A stretch of 62,075 bases of DNA, counting the filler, from Choristocarpus tenellus KU-1152 (lineage: Eukaryota; Protista; Phaeophyceae), in assembly GCA_964200185.2 (NCBI GenBank). It is 12 parts of 12 records of this genome, joined end to end, with 100 filler letters (N's around TTAATTAATTAA, not from the genome) between each part and the next. Parts side by side here need not be neighbours in the genome. Positions count along the whole stretch, not along the records: positions 25,387 to 33,676 come from CAXNAD020004893.1; positions 33,777 to 39,105 come from CAXNAD020011135.1; 10 more parts are not named here. One strand, given 5' to 3'. Position 1 is the stretch's first letter, and each line of letters opens with the position of its first letter. This document shows positions 25,387 through 38,622 of this stretch, piece after piece. The translations under genes were made by a program, and so were the position numbers. A model generated the notes under the pieces. The model was not told where the DNA came from and searched no databases. It was given only the letters and a program-made list of their open reading frames with translations.

Positions 25387-25411
25387 CCCCCCCTCCCAGA
25401 TACTTTGGGTC
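25387..25411. mobile_element. Poly-G MITE end at contig start
   Basis: (C)n-AGATACTTTGGGTC. Confidence 0.75.
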
Positions 25412-25419
25412 TGCGGGAG

Positions 25420-27240
25420 AAGGGAGACCACTGATCAATACCTGGAGGATGAGGCCAAGTTTGATGTAGGGATTCTGGACGGTGGGACAAGATATGCACT
25501 GACTGTGAAGTCCTTGAATGCGCTGTTTCAGCAAATCTCTACCTGAGTGTATCAACAGCACTTCCCTCTTGCTTGGCATGTCATCTCCTCATAATATTCA
25601 GAGGATAGTAGTACTCCATTGCAAACAACAGCGATCCCCAAGCAGGAGGGGATATCCTTTAGCACTACATGTCTATGATAGCCTGATGTCGAAAATGGCG
25701 TAACACTGTTACAAGATGCAACAGGGGCAAAAGTTTTTTGGGGGGGAGGTGAAGGATTTTTCTTGGCTGATATTTTACAGTTTTGCAGATCCTGTCTGTG
25801 TCTGTGAGGGTATTAATGTGGTCATAGTTTGGCTGGTTGGATGAAATAGCAGCATAAAAGAGGGCTACCGTTATATGGTATTACCGTTGTACTACCTTGC
25901 AGCAATCTGCCTACAAATATTGTTTTGTCTCAACCTCAGGGATACCATACATACTATTCAATATTGGTCAAATTCCCGATGTATTGATGATGGTCCCTCC
26001 TCAGTTTCATACGTCTTATCCCCCAGTAGTTGTGTTTGTCTAAGACAGGGCTTAGCTTCGTATCTTGATGTATGTTATCCAAGCTATTGGGAATTGATAA
26101 ACATCTCGAAATCTACATTTGTCCACGAAGATAGGAATTAGGCCTCATTTCTCCCTTGTCTCACATCTGGTCTTTTTCTCCATTGAAAAGATAATATTTC
26201 CGATTTAATTGCCAGATGCATGTTCTGGGTCCCAATATCTGTGCACAAGAATTTTTAGATGACCAATCATTTCATGTATGAGCGTCATTCTTTAAAACAC
26301 AATTTCCATGACATTAATTTATGAGGTCGAGGAGGATATTTTTGCATATTTTGGCATGCTAGTTCATTGTGTCAAGTGTGATAATTATTTTGGCCTCTTG
26401 GACAACAACAAGTGATCCTGCTCCATCTACGTTTCCCCCCCACCCCTGCCTCCCCAACCTTCTGTGACACCAGGCTGAGCTTCCATTGAATACCAGGATT
26501 GTGCAGGGCCAGTGTGATGCTGTGCGTATGGGTGAGTCAAGGAGAGTGCAACGCTTGTTTTTTGTGGTAGAGTGTAGTGGATTGTAGATTTGGGTAATAC
26601 GGTATATGCATTACATACAGTATGTGATTTAGCCCTTCTGGCGAAAGTAGCAACTATGGACTTCTACAAGAGAACAGTGAATGGCTTGTTCATTCCTCAT
26701 AGCCCGAAGATGATAGGCTGCATCCACATTTCAATAACTGGGGTCTGCTGTGTGCTACCACTCTCTTGCTTGAAAAAGTATCTAACCTCAAATATCCCTC
26801 CTCCACTACTGCTGCCACCCCTCCCCCATATGCTCCTCCCCCCTGTGCTACTAGTTGAAGTGAAGGGGGTTCCATATTGTTACCTGATAATTTCTTCGCC
26901 AACTGCAGGGTCTCTCTCTGCACATTCTCAAATCCCTCCTCCACACATCACCACCCACTCCCTCCGATGTTGATGTTATGATGATGCATTTCACTTCGTT
27001 GTCCCTGGCCATAGCTGCTCCAGTGGAAGTGGGTGGAGACGAGGAAGAGAAGGAATCGTTCGTGTCTGTTGCGCCCAGCATGCATGGACATCTATGGTCA
27101 GGGGTTTCCTTATCCTCATCAGTTGTGCAGAGCACCTCTTCCTCCAATTTGGTTGGGGAGGTGGCAACGGCAGGAGAAATGGAGGAAGGTCAGGTGTCCT
27201 CACAGTGCATGTACATCTTCAGGGTAATTTGTTGATGATG
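25420..27240 (-). pseudogene. Second decayed transposase-like relic, similar in motif order to 9600-13750
   Basis: Frameshifted fragments HEMIGHLKILV (~26245-26280) and EVETKQYL*..STTVIPYN..SFMLLF (~25840-25940). No splice structure. Confidence 0.3.
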
Positions 27241-30067
27241 GATTCAAAAGGCCTTCCTTAGTATTGTAGAATCACAACAGTTCAATCGCCTTCAGTTGGA
27301 TTAATTTGATCAACAGAACAGCTGAACTGGAAATGTTTGGTTACTTGGTAATGTCTATTTATCTCAATGCAAGCAGGATGTCACAAAATTCTTCCTATGA
27401 ATTAAGAAGGCTAACACGACTCCGGAGATGAGACAAAGTGGGGGGAATAGGGAAGTAAAAGCTCACGCCACTGGAAGGGCTTCATTCAAACCGAGGAGAT
27501 TTTCTGGCGATTTCGTGTTCATATTCTCGTGCGCCGACAGATCAACTCCGTTTGTCAAAACCATTTTCTACTCAGTACAAATTTACCCCTAAATCCTTCT
27601 GCTTTCAAAATGAGGGTACATAATAATTAACTAGTAGTACCATAAATCCAATTTTAGAAGATGAAATCATACACTACCTGCTCCAACTCTTCAAACTCTT
27701 CATCTCCTACAAGGAGATGATGGAAAATGAGAAAAATATAAGAACCCTCTACAGGCACCAAACCACAGCACATAAACAACACATGCATCATACAAAGCAT
27801 GCACACTAAGTACCGCTGCCAATAACTGTATAGTCAATGCAATCGTGATGCTAATCCAAGGACATATACCCACTACATCCACTCGAAGTGACTAGAATCT
27901 CCTACCAAACATTTTGCCATATTAACACCGCTTTCTACCTCAGACAAGCTGTAGCAATGTACTCCATGGACATATGCACTATACTCCCACTGATTTGCTG
28001 AGCAAAGTGCATAGAGAAGTAGCCGACCTCTAGAGCTGGTAACCACTCACCAATGATCAAGTTCAATGATCAAGTCCAATGATCAACAAGCCAGACAAAG
28101 GATTTCCACCTTTAAGCTACAGCCTCCTAGCCACCAGCCTCACCTAGATATAGTGATCACAAGAAGATGGACTTAGTGAGCACTGCTCTATGTTTCACTG
28201 GCGATAGTGCTTCAGACCAAAACACAGTGACTTGACTTAACTCTAACTCTAACCTAAAGAAAAAAGCAGGCTACTATTTCCAAACAGCAACCAACATATC
28301 TGCTAATCATTCTAACAATTAACACAATGATTCTCCTACTCAGCGATGGAGCCACACCAACTTCTACAGACTCTCCTACGACCAACGCAAATGCAGTCAT
28401 GGACACAACTAACCTTGCTCCCTCTTTCTGGTCTGCTCAACTCTGCCCATTAAGCTGTCCCGAAGAGACTTGGTTGCCATACACAACACACACACACACA
28501 CGCACCTTGTACAAACACCCACCCTACACTAAAGACTACCATGTGTACAGTTTCATGCCTGGACTAGATGTGCATGCACAAATACACTTGTTGCAGAAGC
28601 ACATAAACACACAACATGAGCTGGGAATCTGGGCCTTGTAGAAGTATCCAAATCTACATACCAAGCTCATTTGCAAGTTGGAGCCCTTCAGAAAACCCTT
28701 CAATGCAGCTAAAACTATGGACACACCACTACATGGGCCTATACCTGATAGACCAATTGATTATCATACACTACTTCCACACATAAACATACTGCATATA
28801 TTGTCAACGAACATTAGAGCAGGTGCAGCGAGGGATAACATCTCCATTCACCGTTCGAGATGTGTGGAACTCAAGGGAAGGATGGTATATACATGCCAAA
28901 TTGAAGGGGAAGATACAGGGTAACACTACCTTACCTCAAAAGCTATCCAGGGCTGTTCTCGACATTAGAAGCATCATCAAGACCACAGACTACTGTTGTT
29001 GAGTCTCACTACATTATAATTCGTCTTTTGCTTGTTGAACGCCATTCCTCCACGCAAAATAAAATACCCAAGCCACATGAACCAGCCCCAACCACTTCCA
29101 GCAAGATACCAGTTATTTTCCTGCAAACCCAGAGGCCCCTGCCTTGCTGAAGGATAAAGATGTTCCCGTCTCACATGATTTTGACGCGTTCAAAAAGTGG
29201 TATACAATTTGAATCCGCCTTTGCCAATCGAGGAGATAAACGACTACCTAATTGCTTTTGGTCACCATCACCAACCTGTTTCCTCACGCACGAAGGTCTT
29301 CAACAAAAGAGCCTGCTGGTAAGCGGAAGACTAGACCGATGACCGCAACACTCCTCTCACCTTTGACGGATCGGGTGGGGCATGCCATTGTCGACCAGGA
29401 AGGCAGAACATCCTTGACAAGATCGACCATTTTGGAGTGGACTTGGAACAGAATCGCAGATACAGTTAGAACTCGGTCAACATCTTTGGAGCAAAGACTA
29501 TGCTTGCTATATATAGCACTTCTTCACAAGGAATAATCCGGAGGTATCATGGCCGGGCATCGCTGCACTGCAACAGTTCTCCTCCATTTAGGTGGATCGG
29601 TCTTGAGAAGACAGACCAAAATACATGTTTCTACATCCCTCACAAATTAAAACATAGATGCCGCAACAAACGCATCGTTTCCAACACCCTTCAGCTACAA
29701 ATAACATGACTTTGATTGTCGTGTGTTCGCATAACCTCGTCAACTACACATCGTTGCACCGAGAGGAAGACTCAACAAGAGACTGCAAGAGGACTGCACT
29801 TACCACCTTTCCCGCAACAAGAAGAAGACTCCTGCAACTTTCAGTCTCACTAGCAATCATTTCACAGGATAGCCTCGCTAGCCTAGAGTATCTTTAGCGT
29901 CCTCAATCCCCACATCTCTCCATTGACCAGAAGAGCATTACTGCCATCTCTCTCCAAATAATGTTGTTTGCATCACGTACATGGTCAAAACCGCGGAAGG
30001 CATTCTCATCTCCACAAGAACTGCTGCTCACTTTCACATTATAGTTGAACTTCAAGTCTCACACGCC

Positions 30068-30697
30068 ATGATGACAGGAATCATCTTCCTGGTCGGCCTC
30101 TTTTTGCTAGAGTCCAGTGTCGGTCTTGAGCCCATGGTTCTCAGTTCTTTATCTCGGCGCGTCTCGTTGTCGGCGTTACCAGCCATGCCTCTTCGATTGT
30201 GGAGAATGCCCGACCCAGCCTTCATTGATAGGTCATCCTCGAGCCAAATATTTATCGTCAAGGCTAATGGTGGATCTGAAGATGAGAACCAAGTCGAGGA
30301 ATTTGGAGAAGGAGAAAATTGGCCAGATATCCCCAACATCGTTAGCTTCGAGTCAGGAATTGATCAGGATCAAGTTGGGTTGGAAAGTGTGCTGGATAGA
30401 AAACATAGGAAAGGATATAGTGCGGTGGACGAGGTCGAGGAAACGAAGCAAGAAGGTGTGATATCCCGTCGATCTAAGAAAGAGCGGGATGGATTCCCTG
30501 TTAAACCCTTGATAGAGCTCCCGTTAGACGGTATCTTGTTGCAACTTTTCCCGGCAGCATTGATTGGCGGTGTGGGCACTCTGCTCTTTTTTGCAGTACA
30601 GTTCCAGGCAGGAATTTTCGACGGCCTGGTGGAGAGTTTGGACGGAGGACCCGTGGTTGTAACAGATTTGCGAGAGATACCAGAAACCCTACCCTGA
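30068..30697 (+). CDS. Single-exon hypothetical membrane protein with N-terminal signal peptide (possibly plastid-targeted)
   Basis: Longest ORF in the track. MMTGIIFLVGLFLLESSVG signal-like start, S/R-rich segment, acidic linker, and C-terminal hydrophobic helix LFPAALIGGVGTLLFFAV. Confidence 0.75.
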   Translation: MMTGIIFLVGLFLLESSVGLEPMVLSSLSRRVSLSALPAMPLRLWRMPDPAFIDRSSSSQIFIVKANGGSEDENQVEEFGEGENWPDIPNIVSFESGIDQDQVGLESVLDRKHRKGYSAVDEVEETKQEGVISRRSKKERDGFPVKPLIELPLDGILLQLFPAALIGGVGTLLFFAVQFQAGIFDGLVESLDGGPVVVTDLREIPETLP

Positions 30698-33600
30698 CTG
30701 CTCTTGAACTTTAGAGGCGATCTTCAGAGGCGATGATAATATAGTCTTATTTGCAGATGTGATTGATACGTCCTACATTTTCTACATTGGTCATTTGATC
30801 AGTGTGGGTAATATCCGACGGAGTACAAATGGGAAATACATGAAAGTATTATTAGAAAGTTGCAAGTGCCTTAAGCACAAGTTATGAGAGTTATGGTATC
30901 ACTGTTGTACTCAATGATAACTGTGCTTTTGGCAGGGAGGGGTCAAATACTGGCAATGTCAGGCAACCTGTAAGAGGTGCATGCTCACAGTTTATGTTCT
31001 GCGTTCGGAGTGGGAATCAAGACATTGGGAAGCCAGGCTGCTCCTCCTCTGTTTTCAGCCCTCCCCCCTTCCAAAATATTTCTTGTGTGGCATCACTGGT
31101 GTTTCTGGGAAACTGTTGTCCACTGATGTATATTGATTCTGTTCTGATGGTGCCATGACAACCCTCTATGTTGGTGATTACTTAAAGTGCCATGCAAAAT
31201 GTAGTGATTTTCTTCTACCTTTTGTCCCACGCCATCATGACTGGAGAAGGAGGAAGGCGTCACCATACTCATTCTCAACAGAATTGGTGAGCATATCCCC
31301 TGTTGTACCATGAGAGAGAATGTATTGTTTCTTCTGTGCCAAAGACATCACCCTTGATGAGTACTTAATCTTGAACTAGTGGGATCCATCTGGTTCATTC
31401 GGTGTTGTGCCCAGGTTGTTTTTCTATCTCCTGTGATGCACACTGCCTGATTCCGACAATTATGCCAATTGTACAACCGCATAGTTGGATGAATGCTATC
31501 AAACTTCTTGCCCAGAGTACTCACCAAATTCTTTCTTATTGCCTCAGACAGAATCAGAGCTCAATATGTTGGGTAAGGGAAATAGCAGTGCCATACCCTC
31601 AAAATTTTAGAGCACCTTTCTTGAACCACAGACTTTTTGTTAGAGGTGTTCATGCTAGAAGGCACAGTATCTCTAAGTTCCAGAGGGTGAGGGGCCAGAA
31701 AACAGCGTGCTCAACAATAGATTATCCTTCACCTCCATCGAGTTACGAAAGATGTTCATCATGCAAACAGCTGTTTCTGCCACCTCGGTCACGGCATCAC
31801 TCTAACCACAGGAATAACTCGATATTTTACAATCATAATTGCGGGTGTGGCACACGATTGAAGTTGACATGGTGACTGGAACTCTGTAGTGTGTCATTCC
31901 ATAGTAGTGGAGGCCGACATTATATTACCACAATTGAGCAAGGAAAGGAAGGCCCTTTCTGTAATCTGCAAAAGGATAGGTCTTTTTGAGCATTTCTGGG
32001 GATCCTTAAAGTAGTGCAATAGTACACTTCTTGGATATTAGAATGACTCCCAAGTTTCTTGCCACAACGACTTTATTCATGTGTTCTTCAGTGCTGAAGT
32101 TAAAGATGTGTGTAGACATGTAGTGTGTGGAACATCATATACGTTCAATTGGTAAAGGTATGCCACCAAAAACAAGGTAAGGCTAATCCCAAATTTCTTT
32201 CCTATTCGTGTACTAAAGCTACTGTAAGTATAAGGTTATGTACTTATGTCTGAGGAGTATCTGAAATCAAAATAATGCTAGCAATGAGCAGATCGCACAT
32301 GCAAGTGAACGCGTTTATGACAGCGCAAAACAAAAGATTGTACAAACAAGAGCTCATATTCCCAAGATGCTGCTGCAATCCTCTGGAATATCTATTTGAT
32401 TGTGGGATGCAGTTCGTCTTGTAGATGTCACCATTCTTTAACAAATAGAAGTACCATTATTATGGTATGCTCTAACTTCAAGAGGATTCAATTTTCAAGG
32501 GTATCCTCCCGCAACCACGGTTGTATCTATTATAATGTGGGATGCGGTCTTGTAGATGTCCCCATTCTTTAGCACATAGAAATATTATTCTTATGAGTGC
32601 ATGATTAGTGTGTCCCTGTTTGCCGAATTCAATGGGATATAAACAGAATTGGAATTTGTGGTGATGAGGACAAGCTTCAAGTAGTGGACCTGGCGAAGTG
32701 TTCATGTCATACAACCAGGCAACAGAACCTCTAGTATCTCCTTAAGTACCTCACCTTTAAGCAATCGAATCCTAAGTTCAAGTTATATACCTGAGGTCCT
32801 GTCATACAGCACTTGGCTGTATTTGAGGAGCCAATATACTAAGCACTTTGGATCCTGCCAATGATACAGGTAGTGATAGCAGCTTCATCACTGTTGGTGC
32901 CTCCAACTTAAACAAAGTTGTCAGTCTCCTTGTAATCCTGGCCCAGTGCCCATATCTGCAAGATGTCTGCGGACGTACTGGGAGCCCAAAAAGACATGAT
33001 CTAATCAACTCTAACACAGTCAGACTGAATGGCCTTACCACCTTCACAATCACTATGATCATCTTCCTGGCCAAACATCCTTGGTTCTTGGACACAATAT
33101 CTGCCAGCATTGTCAACATAGAACATACTTCACAGGAGTCGTGTGTTAAAGTATCCCCAAAATCATCAATGAGGATAAAGGTGATAAACTTGGCGAGATT
33201 GTTTGGTGTCTGTAGAGTGATTAAATTTAGGTGGGGCATGCAGCACTCCATAACAACAGAAATATTTCCTTTCATATGAGAAATTTCCCGTAAACTAATC
33301 ACTAGTAAAAGGTTCTGATAATTCAACCACTAATTGATTGTTCTGTTACCCCATACATATTTTACAGTAACTGTCCGATAGAGTTGGGAAAGTCTAATCG
33401 AACACCCTTCCTAGCTTAAACAACTCTTGAGAACTTACAAGAAAACAACTATGGATTCTAGGAGGAGACTCCTCAGGTCAATCCTGTATTACAAGGAAAC
33501 AACCAGCTATTGAACTCACTGAAAATAAATAAATCCAAACAAACGCACTCAAATTCAGCAAGAAACAAATCACTAAACATAGTCTAAATTTAGCAAAGCC

Positions 33601-33776
33601 CCCCCATGCCTCCAAAGCGTTTTTTCTGCTAAAAGCTTGGTCAAGATATCTGTATGTAGTTCATCTGAGCTAACATNNNNNNNNNNNNNNNNNNNNNNNN
33701 NNNNNNNNNNNNNNNNNNNNTTAATTAATTAANNNNNNNNNNNNNNNNNNNNNNNNNNNNNNNNNNNNNNNNNNNN

Positions 33777-33795
33777 CCCCCAGATACTTTGGGTC
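33777..33795. mobile_element. Poly-G MITE end at contig start
   Basis: CCCCCAGATACTTTGGGTC. Confidence 0.7.
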
Positions 33796-34591
33796 GATGT
33801 ACCATTGCTCTCTGAAGAAGGAACACACTGTGCTAGGAGGGATTCAATATCATCCTAACAATGCACCATTATTGGAGTTATGTTAGGGTGATGCCCCTCA
33901 TCATTTGCATATGGGAAAAATAGGAGGTTAATGTTACTGTTATTGTTATTATTAGAGTTAAAAGTAATAGTAATACTTTCATTAATATTATTATCGCAGT
34001 GGCTACAGTTGCTCTGTGTACACTGAGAAGCTGAGAATGTGCTTTGGTGTATCACACACCAGTCGCAACAATAAGGATGTGATGGTAAGAGAGATACAAC
34101 TGGATTGGCCACTCGCTATTTGCTGCATCTAAATTATGAAGACGAGTAACACCAGACTCTTAGCACACATCAACACTGTGGTTATTTGAAGCCACAATGC
34201 TCACCTAGTCACTAACATACTCCCTTAAACCATGGATAGTTTTGAACTGTAACTATTCATACAGGCAGGTTCAAACATGGTGTGAGTGTGTAGACTGACC
34301 TCTGGTTGTGCACAGTCATTGTTTCCATCTCATTTTGTCCTAGTAGGTAGAGGACACGTTTATCCAGTTAGCAGCCAAGCGAGACACAAGAGTTATTCTT
34401 CAAGTGCTTATCGTGTAATTACGTGCTATGCAGTATACATAAAATATGTGGTGCTGTGAATTAGTTCCTTGAGAGAAAGACTTCCTGATGACCGTTTATT
34501 TAACCAGGATAAAACGCTTTGATTCACTCGTCGATTGAATCAAAATGGCAGCAAAGCACCGGCCTTCACAAAAAAAATGTTAGGTGACGGA

Positions 34592-37500
34592 TCAACAGTC
34601 AACAAGGGTGTTTTGATGGGCCTCCACTGCTAGGAACATCTTCCTGTATAACATGTGGGAATTCCTGTTGATATTCTGCTCCACGTATGATGCCATCTAC
34701 TCCAATCCATAAATCCAAACCAACACCAGACAAAGGCAACAAACCAACCGTAAACCTACAACCTGTAAGCCTCAGGGTTATGAGCTGGCAATAGCTCAGG
34801 ATTGCTGATCATTTTCTGACATCATCATTGGGGTGAAAATGGGGTGGATCGAAAATCATTGTATCAATATTTCCAATACCTCGATATATTGTAGCAGCAA
34901 AGGATGCCAGGCAAAGCAAAAGCTCAGTCGCGGGTAGTCAAGGGTCAAAGTGGCCATCACTTGACTCTTCATTCAGAGGTGGTAATGAGGAAACACTGAT
35001 GTCCATGAAGAAGATTGAAGCGAATCGCACAGAACATACACGCACGATAATATGATGAACCAATAATAGTTGAAATATTTCAATATGATCTCGATTATTC
35101 TTGGAATGAAGAAATCAAGTTATTTGAGCAATTGTAATTCACATCACTAATGTTGTGTAATTAAAAACAAAGTTGGACTCTGAGCGAATATATTATTTCA
35201 TACAAAACTCCTGAGACTGAAGAAAAAGAAAAAAAATAGACATTATTATTTTCTTCTTTAAAGAACTCGAGTAGTGGCTCTACACAGGAGTTTGATATTT
35301 CTTCTCGGGCAAAGAAAAAAGTTGGTCAATTTTTTAGAATCAAGGCACGTTTCAAAAACAATGATGTTTGAGGCATCCTTACATATTGCAGGATGAACGA
35401 GGCGCACGGGACCATCCAATAGGCGACATTAATTGCCATCCTTGTGGTAGTGTGTTGGCGGGCAAGAGAGAGGGATAGTAAGCAAGAGGAGGCAGAGCCC
35501 AAGAAAAGGTGAATGGGGTGGGGGAAGGGGCACACATCAACAGCAGGGAACACACATATATACAAACACATCTTTATTTGTTTGGGGATTCTGTTTTTGA
35601 TCTTTGCCAGTAGGATGGAGTGAGGTGGATTCCCCCAAGAAGAAAGTTAGGTATGCATACGGACAGGTATCATCTAGTAAAGACAGATGAGGAACATAAC
35701 GAACAATCGTCATCCAACAGGTGGGTGCTCTGACTCCTCCTTCCAGAGCAACTCATTACCACCACCATCCTGACCATTCCCGCACAATTGTTTCTGCCTT
35801 GCCTATTCTATCTATCCGTCATCACATCTTCAGATAGAAATTTCCGAATTTCGCCTACCGAGTTTTTTTCTTTCCCAATGCAACAATATATTTTAGCATG
35901 GCGACAGACGTCATCTTTTCCACATTGACCGAGGGAACACTATCCCCAATCATTCACATCAACCATTATCATGTATGTGAAGGGGAACCTATTAAAAAAA
36001 AGAATGGGTTCAAAACTGAATATAATATGTTAAAAATTTCCAGAAGTCAAACAAATCATGATGTATCTCATTTATGCTTTATAAATCAGTAGGAATATAT
36101 ATATATATACATACTACCTCCGTACCATAAGCCTCTGCCGCACTGTCCATATCTTTTTGAAGATGTTGATGAAATTCATTTCTGAAAGAAGATTTGGAAT
36201 CCTTGACGAATTCCTAGTTAAGGTCATTTCTTTTTATTATTTTTACTCCCCATCCATCACAATTTTATCAGCCACAGAAAAAGCCTCCATGTCTACCTTC
36301 GGCGTGTTTCAAGTTCACCAGACAACTGCCTCTTCCCTACCCCTGTGTGCTCCACACTGAAGTCATTCCCCCCTTTGTATCCAAGTACTTGATTGTATAC
36401 CACAAAAAGGAGCTGCCAAGCCCTCTCAAGTATGGTTTCATCATACTCCTCATACTGTTTCTTAATGACCTTCACCATCTCCTCGACGGACCCAAACCGC
36501 TCCCCCATTACCCGGCATTTCAAAGACCTGAAGAAGCACAGGTCCATGATATTGAGGTCGGTGGAGTTAGTGTTAGAACATAGGCCACTCATTCGATTTG
36601 CTTTGACACGATACAGGATGTCAATCCATACTGAGCGTTGATTTGTCCATTGCAATGGTCACCATTCCCAATTACATCATTAGCTCATTAGCTCATTAGC
36701 TCATCATCACAACTCACTATAGGAAGTATAGGAACAGTCGCTATCACTCATACAGGTATACTATGTGTGACAGTAGTTACGTTAGATATGGATTCAATCT
36801 TGTGTTCTTGTTTCTTCCTGTGTTACTTCTTCTTTTCCACACAAGTTATCAGTTGCATAGCATGTGTTGATTCTTGTTTTTTACTTGACTGGAATTGTCT
36901 ACCATAAAACATCTCATCACTCCACTACACGTATAAGACACACGCCAGGATGCAATATAAACAGAGTTAAAATCACCCTTCGAAACCCTTCTCTGCCAAG
37001 GTGACAACCCTCTTCACAGAGGATGAATTTCTTCATTTGAGTGCCTCAATAACTGACCACACAATTTCTATCAAGATCCAAAGTATCTGTGGGGGGGGGG
37101 GGGGTCTACACGAGGGTGTCCATTTGGACCATAACCAGGAAAAGTGCACTTACATTATCCATCCGATGCATGCAACCAAATCGCGCAAAAATAAAGCCAA
37201 AACAAACTGACCCCAAAATGGACAGCCGCCACACACCCCCAGATATTTTGAGCCTCAACCACAGTCTCTTCTGAGTAAAACGTGCTACAGACGTACCAGT
37301 ACCCATTTTCACTCCAACCAAGTCTGATTGAGTAAGACATCCCTTCAGACAACCCAGACAGAACCCACAAGTGTCTTGTTACACTATGATAACACTTGCC
37401 TCTAAATATGTTAATCAAAGAACAACCAAACAAACCTTCACATCAAACACTGTCTGACTGAATAAAACATGTCATCAGACCTACCAGAACAGATTCATCA

Positions 37501-38622
37501 GTGCTTTGTTGCGCTATAATCTCCTTCGACACAAACCAGACACATCACAATAACACACAACTCTTACGAAATCAGGTTTCAACAGCTAGATGGCTTAGTC
37601 ACAAGCCTAATCGACCATCCCTCAGTCTTCCCTGCCCCTGACAAGATTTCTGAGTTGCCCTTACCCGTGTGGGGGGTGGCACCGTCTTGCTGAACGACAA
37701 CATGCTTCCCCTGCAACCAAGGCATCTTAGTGTTGATTGCAGGCAGTAACTCCTCCGTATACCACCTCCTGTACCACAAATAGTCTAAAGTACAGTCCTG
37801 CTCATACACACACCCCTCTTTATGGTTTGTGCTTGTCCTGTATGCCGTTTTGGTGCACACACACGCCAAACACCAAGCTTTCTATCCAAGCTGTGAGCAG
37901 AATCTGGGCGGGTGTTGGCTGCAGTGATCATGATTTTGGGGGTATGACTCTTGTGCTGCACAATAGGGGACTCTGGAAGGTCGCTACTCATGCGGAAATA
38001 CCCTAAACTTTTCCCATCAGCCATCACGTGAAACCAGGTTCAGCCACATGGATTGTGTTCGCCATGGAGGAGTACACACCACGTTTCCGGTTCACCTGAT
38101 CACAAACAAAGTCCATTCTCCATACCCTTAGACACGATTTAAGCTTGGGTTTGATCCAGCGGCGATTCAGCATAGCCCCCATTGTGTGATTTACCTTGGA
38201 AGGTATTGCTATTTATCAGGAGTGAAGATAAGAAGGTGTGGAGCCTCACACGACCCCCCTTTCTTTGCTGAACATAAAAAGAAAGGATGGATGAAATTAG
38301 AAGAGTGACCTTTGTGGGGTATCTTCTATTGTTTGTTTCTTTATTATTATTTGCGTCAGAACAGTTTAACTATAATATAGAACTCCATAGATAATTCAGA
38401 ACTCCATATCTAGTTCAGATGTACTATCTCTTAGTGACATTACTTGGACTCAGTTCAATGCAATAATCTCACATGCAAAAAATAAGGTACACCTCACTAT
38501 TGTCCTATTTGGTACATGGACTTCATGCCACTGAAGTTCGGGACACGTGGGTCGTGTTGTCCCATGTGGTCGATCCTGTAAGCCGGAAGGTGAACAATCT
38601 CCTGGCTTCTGAATGTGTCGTT
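34592..38622 (-). CDS. Unknown protein, last four exons
   Basis: Exons 38622-38516, 35440-35383, 34815-34763, 34643-34592 have AG/GT sites and matching phases (2,0,2): NDTFRSQEIVHLPAYRIDHMGQHDPRVPNFSGMKSMMAINVAYWMVPCASFILQYKMISNPELLPAHNPEAYRKMFLAVEAHQNTLVDC*. Confidence 0.7.
36571..37584. mobile_element. Solo LTR with 5-bp target-site duplication
   Basis: Begins TGTTAGAAC, ends GTTTCAACA. Flanked by GTTAG (36566-36570) and GCTAG (37585-37589). Removing it plus one TSD restores the transposase frame K-P-S-N-S. Confidence 0.85.
37075..37254. mobile_element. Complete ~180-bp poly-G MITE
   Basis: GATCCAAAGTATCTG-(G)n ... CCCCCAGATATTTTGAGCC, flanked by TCAA on both sides. Near-complete inverted copy at 38955-39105. 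Confidence 0.9.

Larger units (their letters stand above)
36114..38190 (-). mobile_element. Intronic decayed mariner-like transposon split by a solo LTR
   Basis: KIMITAA and VVVQQDGATPHTGKGN...TKPS (37590-37950) rejoin NSTDLNIMDLCFFRSLK (below 36570). Stowaway-like terminus TA|CTACCTCCGT at 36114. The other TIR was not found. Confidence 0.85.

Noticed and set aside
28930-29480. Possible minus-strand gene divergent from the 30068 ORF
   Set aside because: Candidate splice sites exist, but I could not build a stop-free, phase-consistent model.
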